A stretch of 34,670 nt of DNA from Gemmatimonadota bacterium (GCA_038128265.1 JAYPJE010000004.1:1-34670), one strand, 5' to 3'; counted from the first letter of the stretch, positions 1 to 10,180 are shown. The notes: generated by a model not told the origin, from the sequence alone. A program made the numbers and translations.

Positions 1-13
1 CAAGCAGCAGCGT

Positions 14-42
14 TTGAATTCACGCCCAATTTTAGTTAAGAT
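14..42 (+). promoter_or_regulatory. Candidate sigma70 promoter for the 82..4144 operon
   Basis: TTGAAT (14-19), 17-nt spacer, TAAGAT (37-42) in an AT-rich stretch 39 nt upstream of the ATG at 82. Confidence 0.5.
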
Positions 43-81
43 TTCTCTAATGTTTTTTGTTCATTTTTTCCTGAGAATTGC

Positions 82-2022
82 ATGAACGGAGATCAACCGA
101 CGACGGGCGTCAGCGCACGCGCCGTCCTCACCGGAGCATTGCTCGTCTTAGCCATCAGCCTTCTCAGCCCTTGGGCCATCCTGATGGTTCAGGGATCTCA
201 GCTGACGAGCAATGCCATCCCCATTGTCGCCATATCGCTCCTATTTCTGTTAACCCTCGTCGTCATGCCGCTGCTGCGTGCACTGGGCTCGGCCTTTGCC
301 TTTCGTCGTCAAGAGCTCATAACCATATACATTATGATGTTGGTTGGCTCGGTAGTCGTCACGACGGGTTTTACCGGCTCTTTCCTCTCCATTATCACCG
401 GTGCAATGTACTACGCTGCGCCGGAAAACGAATGGGCAGAGCTGTTCTTGCCCTATATACATCCCATGTTGGCGCCAACGGATCTGGAAGCCGTGCGCTT
501 TTTCTACGAGGGATCACCCAAGGGGATGCCCATTCCCTGGGATGCCTGGACTACCCCGCTGCTGACGTGGATGGTATTTATCTTCACCTTTTATCTGCTC
601 ATACTGTGCCTCGGCGTGCTGCTACGCGGTCAGTGGGTGGAAAACGAGCGCCTCGTCTTCCCCCTCACGCGTCTACCGCTTGCCATGATCGAAGAGCCGG
701 AGAAGGACAGCCCCTTTGCCGCGCTCTACCGCAGTCGCCTACTGTGGATGGGCTTTTTGATTCCCTTACTGCTGCATTCGTGGAACTCGCTCAACTTCTA
801 TCACGATGCGTTCCAGCGCATCGCACTGAACGGCCAGATCGTGCTCATTCCCGGTGCGCTGGCGCTACCCTATCGCTTTAACTTGCCCGTTATGGGGCTA
901 GCCTACCTAATGCCCCTTAACGTCGCCTTTAGCATTTGGTTCTTTTTTCTCTTGGGCACACTGCAAAGCTGGGGTTTCGCGCGCATTGGTGTGGCCATTA
1001 AAGGGGGCAGCGATATTTGGACTTCCGGCGGTGCCCACACGGCTTTGACCCATCAAATGGCAGGAGGCTTCTTTGCGCTGGCCGTTTTTGTTCTGTGGAC
1101 AGCGCGGCCACATCTGCGCCGCCTGTGGGAACTAGCCAAGCAGGGCCGCAACGACGAGCGAGAAATCCTCTCTCCCCGCCTGGCCTTCCTGGGACTGATT
1201 GCCAGCGCACTGTTTATGGTTGCCTGGCTGAGCGTTACCGGCTTGGACGTGCTTATTGCGCTGCTCCTGGTCATTGGCGCCATCCTCACCTTTGTCGCCC
1301 TGTCGCGCATCGTCTGCGAGGCGGGTATTCCCGGCGCGCAGATGCCCATGGCACCGCAGGCTTTTATCACGCGCGGTTTTGGACCCGATGGACTCGGTTT
1401 GGGCAATATGACAGGTCTGGGCTATAGCACGGTGTGGTTGGGCGAAACGGCAGCTAATATGATGAACGCCATTATGCACTCGCTCAAGCTGCTATCCTCT
1501 TCAGATCGCCCCTCGCGCCGATTGCCGTGGGCTATCTTTCTCGCCATTGCCGTCGGCCTGATCGGGTCCATATGGATCACGATGGAGATGGCCTATACCT
1601 ACGGCGGCATTAACCTACACGGCTGGTACTATAACGGGGCACCGCGCTGGCCGTTTAATTATATGTCGTCGGTATACAATATGCCCGATGCCGATGTCGC
1701 CACCCGCTTTGGCTTTGCCGGCGGCGGCGCGCTCTTTATGGTCGGGTTGCTGTACTTGCGTCAGCGCTTTCTGTGGTGGCCGCTGCACCCGATCGGCTTT
1801 CCCATCGCTAACACCTTCACCATTATGTCGTACGGCTGGTTGGCTATCTTTATGGCCTGGCTCTTTAAAGCCGCGATCCTGCGCTACGGCGGGGTACGCC
1901 TCTATCGGCTGATGTTGCCTTTTTTCCTCGGCCTGGCCCTAGGCGAATTTTCCACCGCCGTGCTGTGGGTCTTTATCGACGGTGCCTTTGGAGTCCAAGG
2001 CAACATGATCTTCAACTTCTGA
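82..2022 (+). CDS. DUF6785/DUF6784-type multi-pass membrane protein, putative transporter (646 aa)
   Basis: Many hydrophobic helices. Motifs 'QWVENERLVFPL', 'IPWDAWTTPL', 'WWPLHPIGFP' and 'RYGGVRLYR..PFFLGL.LGEF' match my recollection of this family. Confidence 0.7.
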   Translation: MNGDQPTTGVSARAVLTGALLVLAISLLSPWAILMVQGSQLTSNAIPIVAISLLFLLTLVVMPLLRALGSAFAFRRQELITIYIMMLVGSVVVTTGFTGSFLSIITGAMYYAAPENEWAELFLPYIHPMLAPTDLEAVRFFYEGSPKGMPIPWDAWTTPLLTWMVFIFTFYLLILCLGVLLRGQWVENERLVFPLTRLPLAMIEEPEKDSPFAALYRSRLLWMGFLIPLLLHSWNSLNFYHDAFQRIALNGQIVLIPGALALPYRFNLPVMGLAYLMPLNVAFSIWFFFLLGTLQSWGFARIGVAIKGGSDIWTSGGAHTALTHQMAGGFFALAVFVLWTARPHLRRLWELAKQGRNDEREILSPRLAFLGLIASALFMVAWLSVTGLDVLIALLLVIGAILTFVALSRIVCEAGIPGAQMPMAPQAFITRGFGPDGLGLGNMTGLGYSTVWLGETAANMMNAIMHSLKLLSSSDRPSRRLPWAIFLAIAVGLIGSIWITMEMAYTYGGINLHGWYYNGAPRWPFNYMSSVYNMPDADVATRFGFAGGGALFMVGLLYLRQRFLWWPLHPIGFPIANTFTIMSYGWLAIFMAWLFKAAILRYGGVRLYRLMLPFFLGLALGEFSTAVLWVFIDGAFGVQGNMIFNF

Positions 2023-2042
2023 TATAGACAAGGGAATCGGCG

Positions 2043-2861
2043 ATGAGTGCACGCGATGAATACCGATACAACCGCCTGACCTGGGCCGAAATGAACGAGG
2101 CCATTGCCATGCAAAAACTCGTTCTGCTGCCCACCGGCTCCACCGAGCAGCACGGCCGCCACCTGCCGCTCGATACCGACGTATTCTTAGCGGAGTCTGT
2201 CTGCCTCGAAGTCGGACGCCGCATCCCCGAGAAAGTGCTCGTGCTGCCACCCATTGCCTACGGGCTCAATATGCACCACATGGATTTTCCCGGCACGATC
2301 CACATTGAACCCGAAGTATTTATCGCCTTCTGTCTCAACATAACCAAGTCGGTTGCCTACCACGGGTTCGAAAAAATACTGCTGGTAAACGGCCATGGAT
2401 CCAATGGCCCGCTAATCGACTTGGTTGCGCGCAAAACGACGCTGGCCACCGATTCGCTGTGCTTTGCCTGCAGCTACCCGAGCTTTTTATGGGAAAAGTT
2501 CGAAGAGGTGCGCGAGTCTGAGGTGGCAGCCCACGCCGACGAGTTTGAAACCTCGCTCTATCTGCACCTGGCGGGCGATCGCGTGCAAATGGACAAAGCG
2601 GAAAAGGGCGACGATCGCATGGGCCGCTATGTTAGCTCAGATTCGACCTCATCCTTTATCCGCTTTAACGATTATTGGGGGCGCTGGACGCAGCTCGGCG
2701 TGCACGGCGACCCGACGGTCGCGACCGCCGAAAAGGGGCGCATCATTTTTGAGGCCGCCGTTGAAGGGTTGGTCGATGCAACCGACGAACTGCGCGATTG
2801 GCCCATTGAAAAGCGTGCAGACATGCACGAACACCCCGTGCAAAAACACATTCGCTGGTAG
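2043..2861 (+). CDS. Creatininase/creatinine amidohydrolase family protein
   Basis: Metal-binding motifs GSTEQHGRHLPLDTD, NGHGSN, HADEFETS and a C-terminal GVHGDP..ATAEKG. Confidence 0.9.
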   Translation: MSARDEYRYNRLTWAEMNEAIAMQKLVLLPTGSTEQHGRHLPLDTDVFLAESVCLEVGRRIPEKVLVLPPIAYGLNMHHMDFPGTIHIEPEVFIAFCLNITKSVAYHGFEKILLVNGHGSNGPLIDLVARKTTLATDSLCFACSYPSFLWEKFEEVRESEVAAHADEFETSLYLHLAGDRVQMDKAEKGDDRMGRYVSSDSTSSFIRFNDYWGRWTQLGVHGDPTVATAEKGRIIFEAAVEGLVDATDELRDWPIEKRADMHEHPVQKHIRW

Positions 2862-2869
2862 GATTCTCG

Positions 2870-4144
2870 ATGATGCACATTGGCGCAGCACAGGTTGATA
2901 TAACCCCGAATGAATCGGTTTGGCTGGTGGGCTATGGCGACCGCGACCACGCCTCGGAAGGCGTCTATCAGCCGCTGCGTGCCGGCGCGCTCTACCTGCG
3001 CGGCGAAGGCGATGCGGCGCTGATTATCACCGCCGACCTGATCGGCTATGACCTAGCTTTTGCCGCCGAGAGTAAAGCACTTATAGCCGATGCGACCGGC
3101 CTCTTGCCGCGGCAGGTCGTACTGACGGCTACCCATACCCACTGTGCCCCGTTCTTCTATCCGTGGATTATGCCCGGCCAGCCAGACTTGGGCTATGCAT
3201 CATTTTTGAGGGAACGCCTTGTCGAGGTAGCGCGGCGCGCCCTGGCCAACACGCAACCCGGCTCCCTGTCATTTGCCCGCGGCCATTCAGCCTTTGGCGT
3301 CAATCGCCGCCGCCCCGATGGCAAAGGCGGCGTGCTCTTTGCGCCGCATCCCGAAGGTGCTATAGATCGCGATCTGGATACCCTTTGGTGCAGCGACGCC
3401 CAGGGGCGCCCACTGGCGAGCCTAACGTTTTTTGGCTGCCACCCAACGAGCCTCGGCGGTTATCTTATCGGCGGCGACTACCCCGGCTATTTGTGCCGAA
3501 AAATCGAAGAAGAGACCGGTGCACTCGCCTTTTTTGCCACCGGCTGTGCGGGCAATATACGACCCTGGTACGGCGACTCTGCCGACCACTTTGCCCGTCC
3601 TTCGTTTGATGAGCTCGAAGCCGCTGGCCGCAGTTTGGCCGACGATGTACTGGCCGCCGCCGATGCCGCCGTTCCCGTCGCGGCGCAGAACTTGCGCATC
3701 GACAGTCGCTTTCACGCACTCCCCTACGTCGAGTTGCCCGGTCCAGACCAACTCCGAGAAGCAGCGCATTCAGACGACCCCCGTCGCCGCGACTGGGCCC
3801 AAACCATGCTGGCCCGCCTCGAGCACGGCCCATTCTCCCCATCCTGCCCACAGGAAATTCAGGCTATCTCCTTTGACGAAGCGCACTGCGCTGTCTTCCT
3901 AGGCGGTGAAATTCTCACGGAAATTGGCCTACATATCAAGGCCGCACTGCGACCGCAGACCGCCATTACGGGCGCGTATGCAAACGGTCTGATCGCATAC
4001 GTCCCCTCCGAAGCAACCTACGACTTAGGCGGCTATGAGGTGGATGGCTCCTACCACCTGTTTATCCGCCCCGCTCCTTTTCAGCGGCACGTCGAATCGC
4101 TGATCGTCGAACAGGTAACAGCGCTGCTAGCCGAACTGCGCTAG
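2870..4144 (+). CDS. Neutral/alkaline ceramidase-like hydrolase
   Basis: GAAQVDITP..LVGYGDR, ATHTHCAP, GVNRR, GCHPT, DYPG, GCAGN, YVPSE..GGYE. Confidence 0.8.
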   Translation: MMHIGAAQVDITPNESVWLVGYGDRDHASEGVYQPLRAGALYLRGEGDAALIITADLIGYDLAFAAESKALIADATGLLPRQVVLTATHTHCAPFFYPWIMPGQPDLGYASFLRERLVEVARRALANTQPGSLSFARGHSAFGVNRRRPDGKGGVLFAPHPEGAIDRDLDTLWCSDAQGRPLASLTFFGCHPTSLGGYLIGGDYPGYLCRKIEEETGALAFFATGCAGNIRPWYGDSADHFARPSFDELEAAGRSLADDVLAAADAAVPVAAQNLRIDSRFHALPYVELPGPDQLREAAHSDDPRRRDWAQTMLARLEHGPFSPSCPQEIQAISFDEAHCAVFLGGEILTEIGLHIKAALRPQTAITGAYANGLIAYVPSEATYDLGGYEVDGSYHLFIRPAPFQRHVESLIVEQVTALLAELR

Positions 4145-4247
4145 GCTCCCCTCAAATAGTTCACCACATCGCCTATAGTATTTCTGCGCTCTGCCGAACG
4201 TTTAGCTATATTTCTTACGTGCGGACAACACTGAACCCTAGACCGTA

Positions 4248-5381
4248 ATGAACCGCCAGATCGATATCGAATTTGCCATAGCCGCTATCCTAGATAGCGA
4301 CCAGCAAGAGCTGCACTTGATCAGCGAGCTGGACCCCGAACGCGGCCACATACGCGTACGGGACGAGAATGTGCTCATTCGCGGCAAATCCATTGGCAAA
4401 CACCATATTGAGTGCACAGAATCGATTATCATCGACGCCTCGATAGACGGCGGCATTAGCCAGCCGGGCCGCATCGAGGCCATGAACGAAGCCATCATTA
4501 CCGGCGACGCCTTTAACCAGCACGTAACGGCTCATACGATTCGCATTGGCGGCAGAGCCGTAGACTGTCGACTGGAGGCCCTAGGCGATATTGTCGTACA
4601 GGGCAACTTAATCGAATCCCATGTGGTTCTGGGCGACATGGGTATTTGCAGGGCAGAGCTCCAACAATGGGAGGGGCAAATTCGTCGACGCGTGGAACAG
4701 CATGAGCTCATGGACCGCCAGATCGCGCGCGATGCAAACAACCTGCGCAAGGTATGCGACTCCGCCAGCTTCAATCTGAACCTCGCCGTTGGCCGCCTCA
4801 TTCAACACGAAGCCAAAGGCCTCAAAGTCGACCTAACTTTTTTTTACGAGCAAGTAAAAGACAAGAGCGAAGATGATGTGCGCATAGCGTTAAACGAGTT
4901 TTATAACCGCGGTATCGTCGGAGTTATCGCGCGCACTAACCGCAGCTATTTCGCCGGCAGCCCTGCCAACGAACGGCTCTTTACCAAAGCCCTATCTAGT
5001 CTCCGACAGCTAGTTTTTTCGGTCTATAAACGCGACGTTCTTGAGGGAGAAATCGTTCGCTGCCGCGAGGGTTTTGACGAGTATTTAACGCGCTATAGGC
5101 GCCCCAACCGCAACCTCCAGGTGCGCGGCAACCTGTCATCTGGATCAAAGGTGGATTTTCTATTTCCCTATCTCGAAATCGACGAGGAGGGCTGTGCCAC
5201 CGTTGAAAGCCGCGTTATCCGCCTCAGTATACTCGCCGGTGAACAAGGGACTGTGCTTCGACAAACGCACCCCGATGGCTCGGAAAGCTCGGCACAGGCA
5301 AGAGGCGAGCTCAAGGCGGTACAAATCAGCCTTCATGGGGATGACGAAACGGCCACCGTGCGCACGGTGCCCCTGCGCTAG
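4248..5381 (+). CDS. Hypothetical protein resembling the FapA/DUF342 beta-helix plus coiled-coil region
   Basis: 377-aa ORF filling the gap. Repeated short beta-strand/Gly units (ITGDA, IRIGGRA, ALGDIVVQGNL), a long helical insert, then LQVRGNLSSG. Confidence 0.55.
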   Translation: MNRQIDIEFAIAAILDSDQQELHLISELDPERGHIRVRDENVLIRGKSIGKHHIECTESIIIDASIDGGISQPGRIEAMNEAIITGDAFNQHVTAHTIRIGGRAVDCRLEALGDIVVQGNLIESHVVLGDMGICRAELQQWEGQIRRRVEQHELMDRQIARDANNLRKVCDSASFNLNLAVGRLIQHEAKGLKVDLTFFYEQVKDKSEDDVRIALNEFYNRGIVGVIARTNRSYFAGSPANERLFTKALSSLRQLVFSVYKRDVLEGEIVRCREGFDEYLTRYRRPNRNLQVRGNLSSGSKVDFLFPYLEIDEEGCATVESRVIRLSILAGEQGTVLRQTHPDGSESSAQARGELKAVQISLHGDDETATVRTVPLR

Positions 5382-5460
5382 TGCGCCCGACGTTACGCAG
5401 CCTGCCCACTGCGGCGGACCGACCCAAAATAAACCGGCCCGCCAGCGCTACGCTTCACCC

Positions 5461-6444
5461 ATGACACACATTATTGTCGAGAAGTTGGTAAAGACCTACC
5501 GCGTAGCCGAACGACGAGCCGGTCTCGGCGGCGCGGTGCGCGGACTGTTTAGGCGCAACTACCGAACGGTGCGCGCCCTGAGCGACGTCTCCTTTGCCAT
5601 CGGCCGGGGAGAGCTGGTCGGCTATATTGGCCCCAACGGCGCCGGCAAGTCGACTACCGTAAAGGTACTCTCCGGCATTCTCGTGCCCGATGCGGGCGTC
5701 TGCAGGGTGCTAGACCGCGTGCCGTGGCAAGAGCGCGTCGAACACGTGCGCCGCATTGGCGTTGTATTTGGGCAGCGCACGCAGCTGTGGTGGGATTTAC
5801 CCGTCATTGAGTCGTTTGAGCTCCTCGCCAGTATTTACAGCGTTCCGCCCTCCGTCTACACATCACACCTAGACGAACTGGTTGAGCAGCTCGATTTAGG
5901 CGGCTTTCTCGATGTTCCAGTGCGTCAGCTATCGCTGGGCCAGCGCATGCGCAGCGATTTAGCTGCCGCCCTCTTGCACGGTCCCGATCTGCTCTTTCTC
6001 GACGAGCCAACGATCGGCCTAGACGCCGTCTCTAAACTGGCAGTGCGCGCATTCGTCCAGCGCCTTAATACCGAGCGTGGCACGACGGTCATTCTCACCA
6101 CACACGATATGGATGATATTGAGGCACTGTGCAAACGGGTCTTGGTCATCGGAGACGGCACGATACTCTCCGACGGCTCGCTGGAGTCACTGCGGACCCG
6201 CGTCAGCCCGGAGCGCGACTTGATCGTAGATTTGGAGCGCAAAGAACCTATTGCAGATGCCGACGCACGCGTTATCCGCCAGGATGGCCTACGCGTTCAC
6301 CTGCGCTTCAACCCCCAACGGATCTCAGCTCCTATCCTGATTAGCCGCATCACCGCACGCTATCCCGTCCGCGATCTCTTTGTAGAGAATCCGCCTATTG
6401 AGGAGATCATTGCTCGGCTCTACCGCCAACAGGACGGGCCGTGA
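5461..6444 (+). CDS. ABC-2 type exporter ATP-binding subunit
   Basis: Walker A GPNGAGKST, signature LSLGQRMR, Walker B LLFLDEPT, TTHDM. Start set at ATG 5461 (MTHIIVEKLVKTY) because the track start overlaps the previous gene. Confidence 0.93.
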   Translation: MTHIIVEKLVKTYRVAERRAGLGGAVRGLFRRNYRTVRALSDVSFAIGRGELVGYIGPNGAGKSTTVKVLSGILVPDAGVCRVLDRVPWQERVEHVRRIGVVFGQRTQLWWDLPVIESFELLASIYSVPPSVYTSHLDELVEQLDLGGFLDVPVRQLSLGQRMRSDLAAALLHGPDLLFLDEPTIGLDAVSKLAVRAFVQRLNTERGTTVILTTHDMDDIEALCKRVLVIGDGTILSDGSLESLRTRVSPERDLIVDLERKEPIADADARVIRQDGLRVHLRFNPQRISAPILISRITARYPVRDLFVENPPIEEIIARLYRQQDGP

Positions 6445-7232
6445 GAGCCTATTGGGCCCTTTTTAGCGGTCGTCTGCGCATGCTGCTGCAGTATCGCACC
6501 GCCGCGCTGGCCGGCCTAACCACGCAGCTATTCTGGGGCCTAATACGCGTCATGGCGTTTGAGGCATTTTACCGTTCCAGCAGCCGTCCCATGCCTCTAT
6601 CCATCGAGCAAACCGTTGACTATATCTGGCTCGGCCAGGCTTTTCTCATGCTCTTGCCCATGCGCCTCGACGCTGAAATACGCGCCATGGTGCGCTCCGG
6701 CAGCGTGGCCTACGAGTTGGTGCGTCCCCTCGACCTATATACCCTTTGGTATGCGCGCACCGTTGCCTCGTGCTTGGCTCCTACCGCACTGCGCTGCCTG
6801 CCTCTATGCGGCATCGCTCTCTTTGTATTCGACATGCGGCTGCCTCCTTCGGCAGCAGCGGCCATGGCGTTCATCCTGTCGATGGGGACCTCGCTCCTCC
6901 TCGCTGCAGCTCTTTCCAACCTGCTCAACATAACGCTGCTTTGGACCCTGGCTGGCGAGGGTACGGCCAATATTCTACAGGTGGCAACGTTCCTTTTTTG
7001 CGGCATGATCGTTCCCCTCCCGCTCTTTCCCGACGTTCTCCAGCCCATCTTAGAGCACGCGCCCTTTGCCGGCTTGATGGACCTGCCCTTTCGCCTCTAC
7101 ACCGGTCATATTCCAGCGGACGAAGTCGCCAGCGTGCTGGGTCGGCAGATGTTCTGGATTGTCACCCTCGTGCTCGGCGGTCGCTGGCTGCTAGCGCGCG
7201 GCACCCGCGTCCTAGTGGCACAGGGGGGCTGA
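6441..7232 (+). CDS. ABC-2 family permease (DUF990-type)
   Basis: GTGA overlap with the ATPase stop; about 6 TM helices; 'VRSGSVAYELVRP'; C-terminal VAQGG. Confidence 0.88.
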   Translation: MRAYWALFSGRLRMLLQYRTAALAGLTTQLFWGLIRVMAFEAFYRSSSRPMPLSIEQTVDYIWLGQAFLMLLPMRLDAEIRAMVRSGSVAYELVRPLDLYTLWYARTVASCLAPTALRCLPLCGIALFVFDMRLPPSAAAAMAFILSMGTSLLLAAALSNLLNITLLWTLAGEGTANILQVATFLFCGMIVPLPLFPDVLQPILEHAPFAGLMDLPFRLYTGHIPADEVASVLGRQMFWIVTLVLGGRWLLARGTRVLVAQGG

Positions 7233-7233
7233 A

Positions 7234-8037
7234 ATGCACGATGGTCTTACATTATACGTTCGCTATATCAGCGCGTCGTTTCGCAGCCAGATGCAGTACC
7301 GCGCCTCCTTTATCATGACAACGTTGGCCCATTTCCTCATGACGGGTCTAGAATTTCTCGCCATCTGGGTGCTCTTTGCTCGCTTTGAGCACCTGGGCTC
7401 TTGGCGCTTAGAAGAAATCTGTCTGTTCTACGGTCTTATCAATATGGCCTTCGCCCTGACGGATGCGACTTCGCGCGGCTTCGACACCTTTCACCACATG
7501 GTCAAAACGGGTGAATTCGACCGCCTGCTGCTGCGTCCGCGCAGCACCGTGCTTCAACTCGCGGGTCAGGAATTTACCCTGCGGCGCATCGGCCGCTTTA
7601 GCCAAGGTCTGCTGGTCTTTCTCTACGCTACTCAAGCACTCAGCATCGAATGGACCGCGGCAAAAATGGCGCTAGTAGCCCTTACCATCTTGGGCGGGGC
7701 CTGCCTTTTTTACGGATTGATCGTGCTGCAGGCCACCCTGTCCTTTTGGACTACGGAATCGTTAGAAATCGTCAATACTGTCACCTACGGCGGCGTGCAG
7801 ACGGCGCAGTATCCGCTCACGATATACCGCACTTGGTTTCGCCAGGTATTCACTTATATCATTCCCCTGGCCAGCATCAGCTACTATCCATCCCTAGCCC
7901 TATTGGAACGGGTCGACCCGCTCGGGTCCGACCCACTGTTCCAATGGCTCTCACCGACCATTGGCATTGCCTTCTTACTCGTCTGTCTACAGATATGGCA
8001 TCTCGGCGTGCGTCACTACCGATCGACAGGGAGCTGA
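7234..8037 (+). CDS. ABC-2 family permease (DUF990-type), second subunit
   Basis: 'GEFDRLLLRP', 'QYPLTIY', C-terminal 'YRSTGS'; 1 nt after the previous stop. Confidence 0.88.
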   Translation: MHDGLTLYVRYISASFRSQMQYRASFIMTTLAHFLMTGLEFLAIWVLFARFEHLGSWRLEEICLFYGLINMAFALTDATSRGFDTFHHMVKTGEFDRLLLRPRSTVLQLAGQEFTLRRIGRFSQGLLVFLYATQALSIEWTAAKMALVALTILGGACLFYGLIVLQATLSFWTTESLEIVNTVTYGGVQTAQYPLTIYRTWFRQVFTYIIPLASISYYPSLALLERVDPLGSDPLFQWLSPTIGIAFLLVCLQIWHLGVRHYRSTGS

Positions 8038-8040
8038 TAA

Positions 8041-8069
8041 TTGACGTCTATGCCGCCGCGCCGTATCGT
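8041..8069 (+). promoter_or_regulatory. Candidate sigma70 promoter for the epimerase gene
   Basis: TTGACG (8041-8046), 17 nt, TATCGT (8064-8069). Confidence 0.5.
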
Positions 8070-8140
8070 TTGCCCCGGCATTGCCCAAGGTAAAGGGAAC
8101 GCGCGCTCATCCTCCTATTCGCCTGGATAGAAAGACCGCT

Positions 8141-8923
8141 ATGCATATACTCTTGGTTGGTGGCGCGGGACACGTCGGCAGCTTTGTTACACCCTATCTG
8201 CGCCGCCAGCACCAGCTCCGCGTGCTCGACATTAGACAGCCGCAGCACGACGTCGAGTACGTCCGCGGCTCGATTGATGACCCCACCGCGCTGAGGGAAG
8301 CGCTCAGCGGCGTCGATGCCTTTATTACCATGGTCATGCAGGGAGGCCAAGACGGCGTCGAGCGCACGCACACCATCGCTCAAGCCCAGTCCAACTATGC
8401 CGTCAATTGCACGGGTCTACACCTGCTGCTACTCACGGCCTTTGAAATGGGCATTTATCGAGGCGTGCATACTTCGACGATGAGCGTGCATCAGCGCGAG
8501 CGACGCTACTATCCGTCCGAAGAAGACGTGCCGATGGATGGTCCCAACGTCTACGGCTTGACCAAGCGCTTCTCCGAAGACATCTGCCGCTATTTTGCCC
8601 GCGAATACGATATGAGTTTGGCCGCTCTGCGCATTACCGGACCGCGCACGCGCGCCCAATTTCTCGAGCAATACGCCGATCCTCCGCGACGCCCCTGGGG
8701 CACGCCGCTCTACATCACAGACGAAGAGGATCTGGCACGTGCGTACCTAGCCGCGCTCGACTACGTGGCGAAGGGACACGGACGCTTTGATACGTTTTTT
8801 ATTTCCGGCGATGCGGCACACGCCGAAGTCAATATGTCAAAGGCAAAGATGCTGCTGGGATGGGAACCGCGCGCCCACATCGAGCTGGGGTTGGCCCATG
8901 CAGAGGAAGACGGCTGCGGTTAA
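8141..8923 (+). CDS. NAD-dependent epimerase/dehydratase (extended SDR, uronate-dehydrogenase-like)
   Basis: N-terminal ILLVGGAGHVG Rossmann motif, TST, catalytic YGLTK, ALRI; start ATG 8141. Confidence 0.85.
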   Translation: MHILLVGGAGHVGSFVTPYLRRQHQLRVLDIRQPQHDVEYVRGSIDDPTALREALSGVDAFITMVMQGGQDGVERTHTIAQAQSNYAVNCTGLHLLLLTAFEMGIYRGVHTSTMSVHQRERRYYPSEEDVPMDGPNVYGLTKRFSEDICRYFAREYDMSLAALRITGPRTRAQFLEQYADPPRRPWGTPLYITDEEDLARAYLAALDYVAKGHGRFDTFFISGDAAHAEVNMSKAKMLLGWEPRAHIELGLAHAEEDGCG

Positions 8924-8953
8924 GCCCGTTCGTGGGTAGAGAGCACCTATAGA

Positions 8954-9817
8954 TTAGCGGGCAAATACTTTCTCTTCTAGTGGCTTTTGCAACTCGTATA
9001 TACCGCCGCCGGCGCGCTCACCGGCGGGCAAGCGAGTGCGCGCCGTCATCGACACCAAACGAAAGTCATGGGTGGGCTCTCCCCGCAGTATATTGGCGTT
9101 AAACGCAGACCAATCGCTCACCCCACCCAGCGGCCAGGCATCAACCGCCGCATATTGATAGAGCAACAGCCGGCGCCCGTGCAGCGAGGTATTTTGTGCT
9201 GAACCATGCAGCGTTCGGGCATGGTGAATGGAAAGTGATCCGGCACTCAGCACCAGCGGCACGGCCGATGAGAGATCAATATGATCGCGCATTGGACTGA
9301 TGGCACCGATAAAGACCCCGTCCTGATGATGGTCGAGTATCGGCCCCTTGTGCGAACCGGGCACCACCATCATACAGCCATTTTCTTCTGTGGCATCTTC
9401 GAGCGCAATACCAACAGCACATAAGTCGTCATTGGTATGCGGATAGTGCGCAAAGTCTTGATGCCACTCGACGGCACTGCCCACCTCGGGCGGCTTCATG
9501 TTGAGCTTGTTCCCCTGGGCGCGAATGGCATGGCCTATCAGTGGAGACAGCATATCGAGCACGCGCGGATCGCGCATCAACTCATCGAAAAAGGGATGAT
9601 AGGTCACCGGAGAAGACATCCTACGCACCTTGGGGTTTTCCGCCGTATGCCCCGGTTCTAGGTCGAAATGTCGATTCTGCTCTGTAACCAGACGGGACGC
9701 TTCGACAAAATCATCGACGATTGCTCGCGCCGTATCAACTTCGTCTGCTCGCAGCACATTCTCAACTATTAGATAGCCCTGCGTCTGGTAGAATTCAACC
9801 TGTTCCTGAGTGAGCAT
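8954..9817 (-). CDS. PhyH-family Fe(II)/2-oxoglutarate dioxygenase
   Basis: LTQEQVEFYQTQGYL, WHQD, ENGCMMVVPGSH, HARTLHGS..N.S..RR; GGAGG RBS. Confidence 0.9.
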   Translation of the reverse strand: MLTQEQVEFYQTQGYLIVENVLRADEVDTARAIVDDFVEASRLVTEQNRHFDLEPGHTAENPKVRRMSSPVTYHPFFDELMRDPRVLDMLSPLIGHAIRAQGNKLNMKPPEVGSAVEWHQDFAHYPHTNDDLCAVGIALEDATEENGCMMVVPGSHKGPILDHHQDGVFIGAISPMRDHIDLSSAVPLVLSAGSLSIHHARTLHGSAQNTSLHGRRLLLYQYAAVDAWPLGGVSDWSAFNANILRGEPTHDFRLVSMTARTRLPAGERAGGGIYELQKPLEEKVFAR

Positions 9818-9847
9818 ATACCCTCCCGAATAATCTATGGCTTTGGG

Positions 9848-10180
9848 CTATGACGGATCGCAGCCATCGGCAAAGTCGCCGAAGGCAAAGGCCGTTTGCA
9901 ATTCGTCGACGACCGTTTTTCCGTCTTCTCCGGTTATCATCAGCGTCGCCATATATTCCTGCCAGCGCGCCATGGCTTCACCGGCATGGCTCTGTTCCAT
10001 CGCTTCGCGGCTGGGCGCTGTGGCAAAGAGAAATAGACGGTCTTCGTAGTAATGTATTACCATGCTAACGCCGTTGTCGCGCAGCGCCGTAGCGATTTCC
10101 GGCCACAGTTCGTCGTGGGCCTTCTTGTATTCGGCATAGCATCCCGGTTTTAGCGCAAAGGTTAATCCACTGCTGTACAT
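9848..10180 (-). CDS. L-rhamnose mutarotase family protein (RhaM-like)
   Basis: LKPG..AEYKKAHDELWPE, LFLF, RWQEYM pattern; 110 aa; GGAG RBS. Confidence 0.8.
   Translation of the reverse strand: MYSSGLTFALKPGCYAEYKKAHDELWPEIATALRDNGVSMVIHYYEDRLFLFATAPSREAMEQSHAGEAMARWQEYMATLMITGEDGKTVVDELQTAFAFGDFADGCDPS

Noticed and set aside
2043..2861. Mycofactocin peptidase MftE / RiPP cluster
   Set aside because: Same family, but no precursor peptide, radical SAM or MftB-like gene in the window
5194..5460. N-terminal extension of the ABC ATPase in the ORF track
   Set aside because: Overlaps the preceding CDS; family-like sequence begins at ATG 5461
8954..9817. Ectoine hydroxylase EctD
   Set aside because: WHQDFAHY does not match the EctD signature (WHSDFETWH) and no ect genes are nearby
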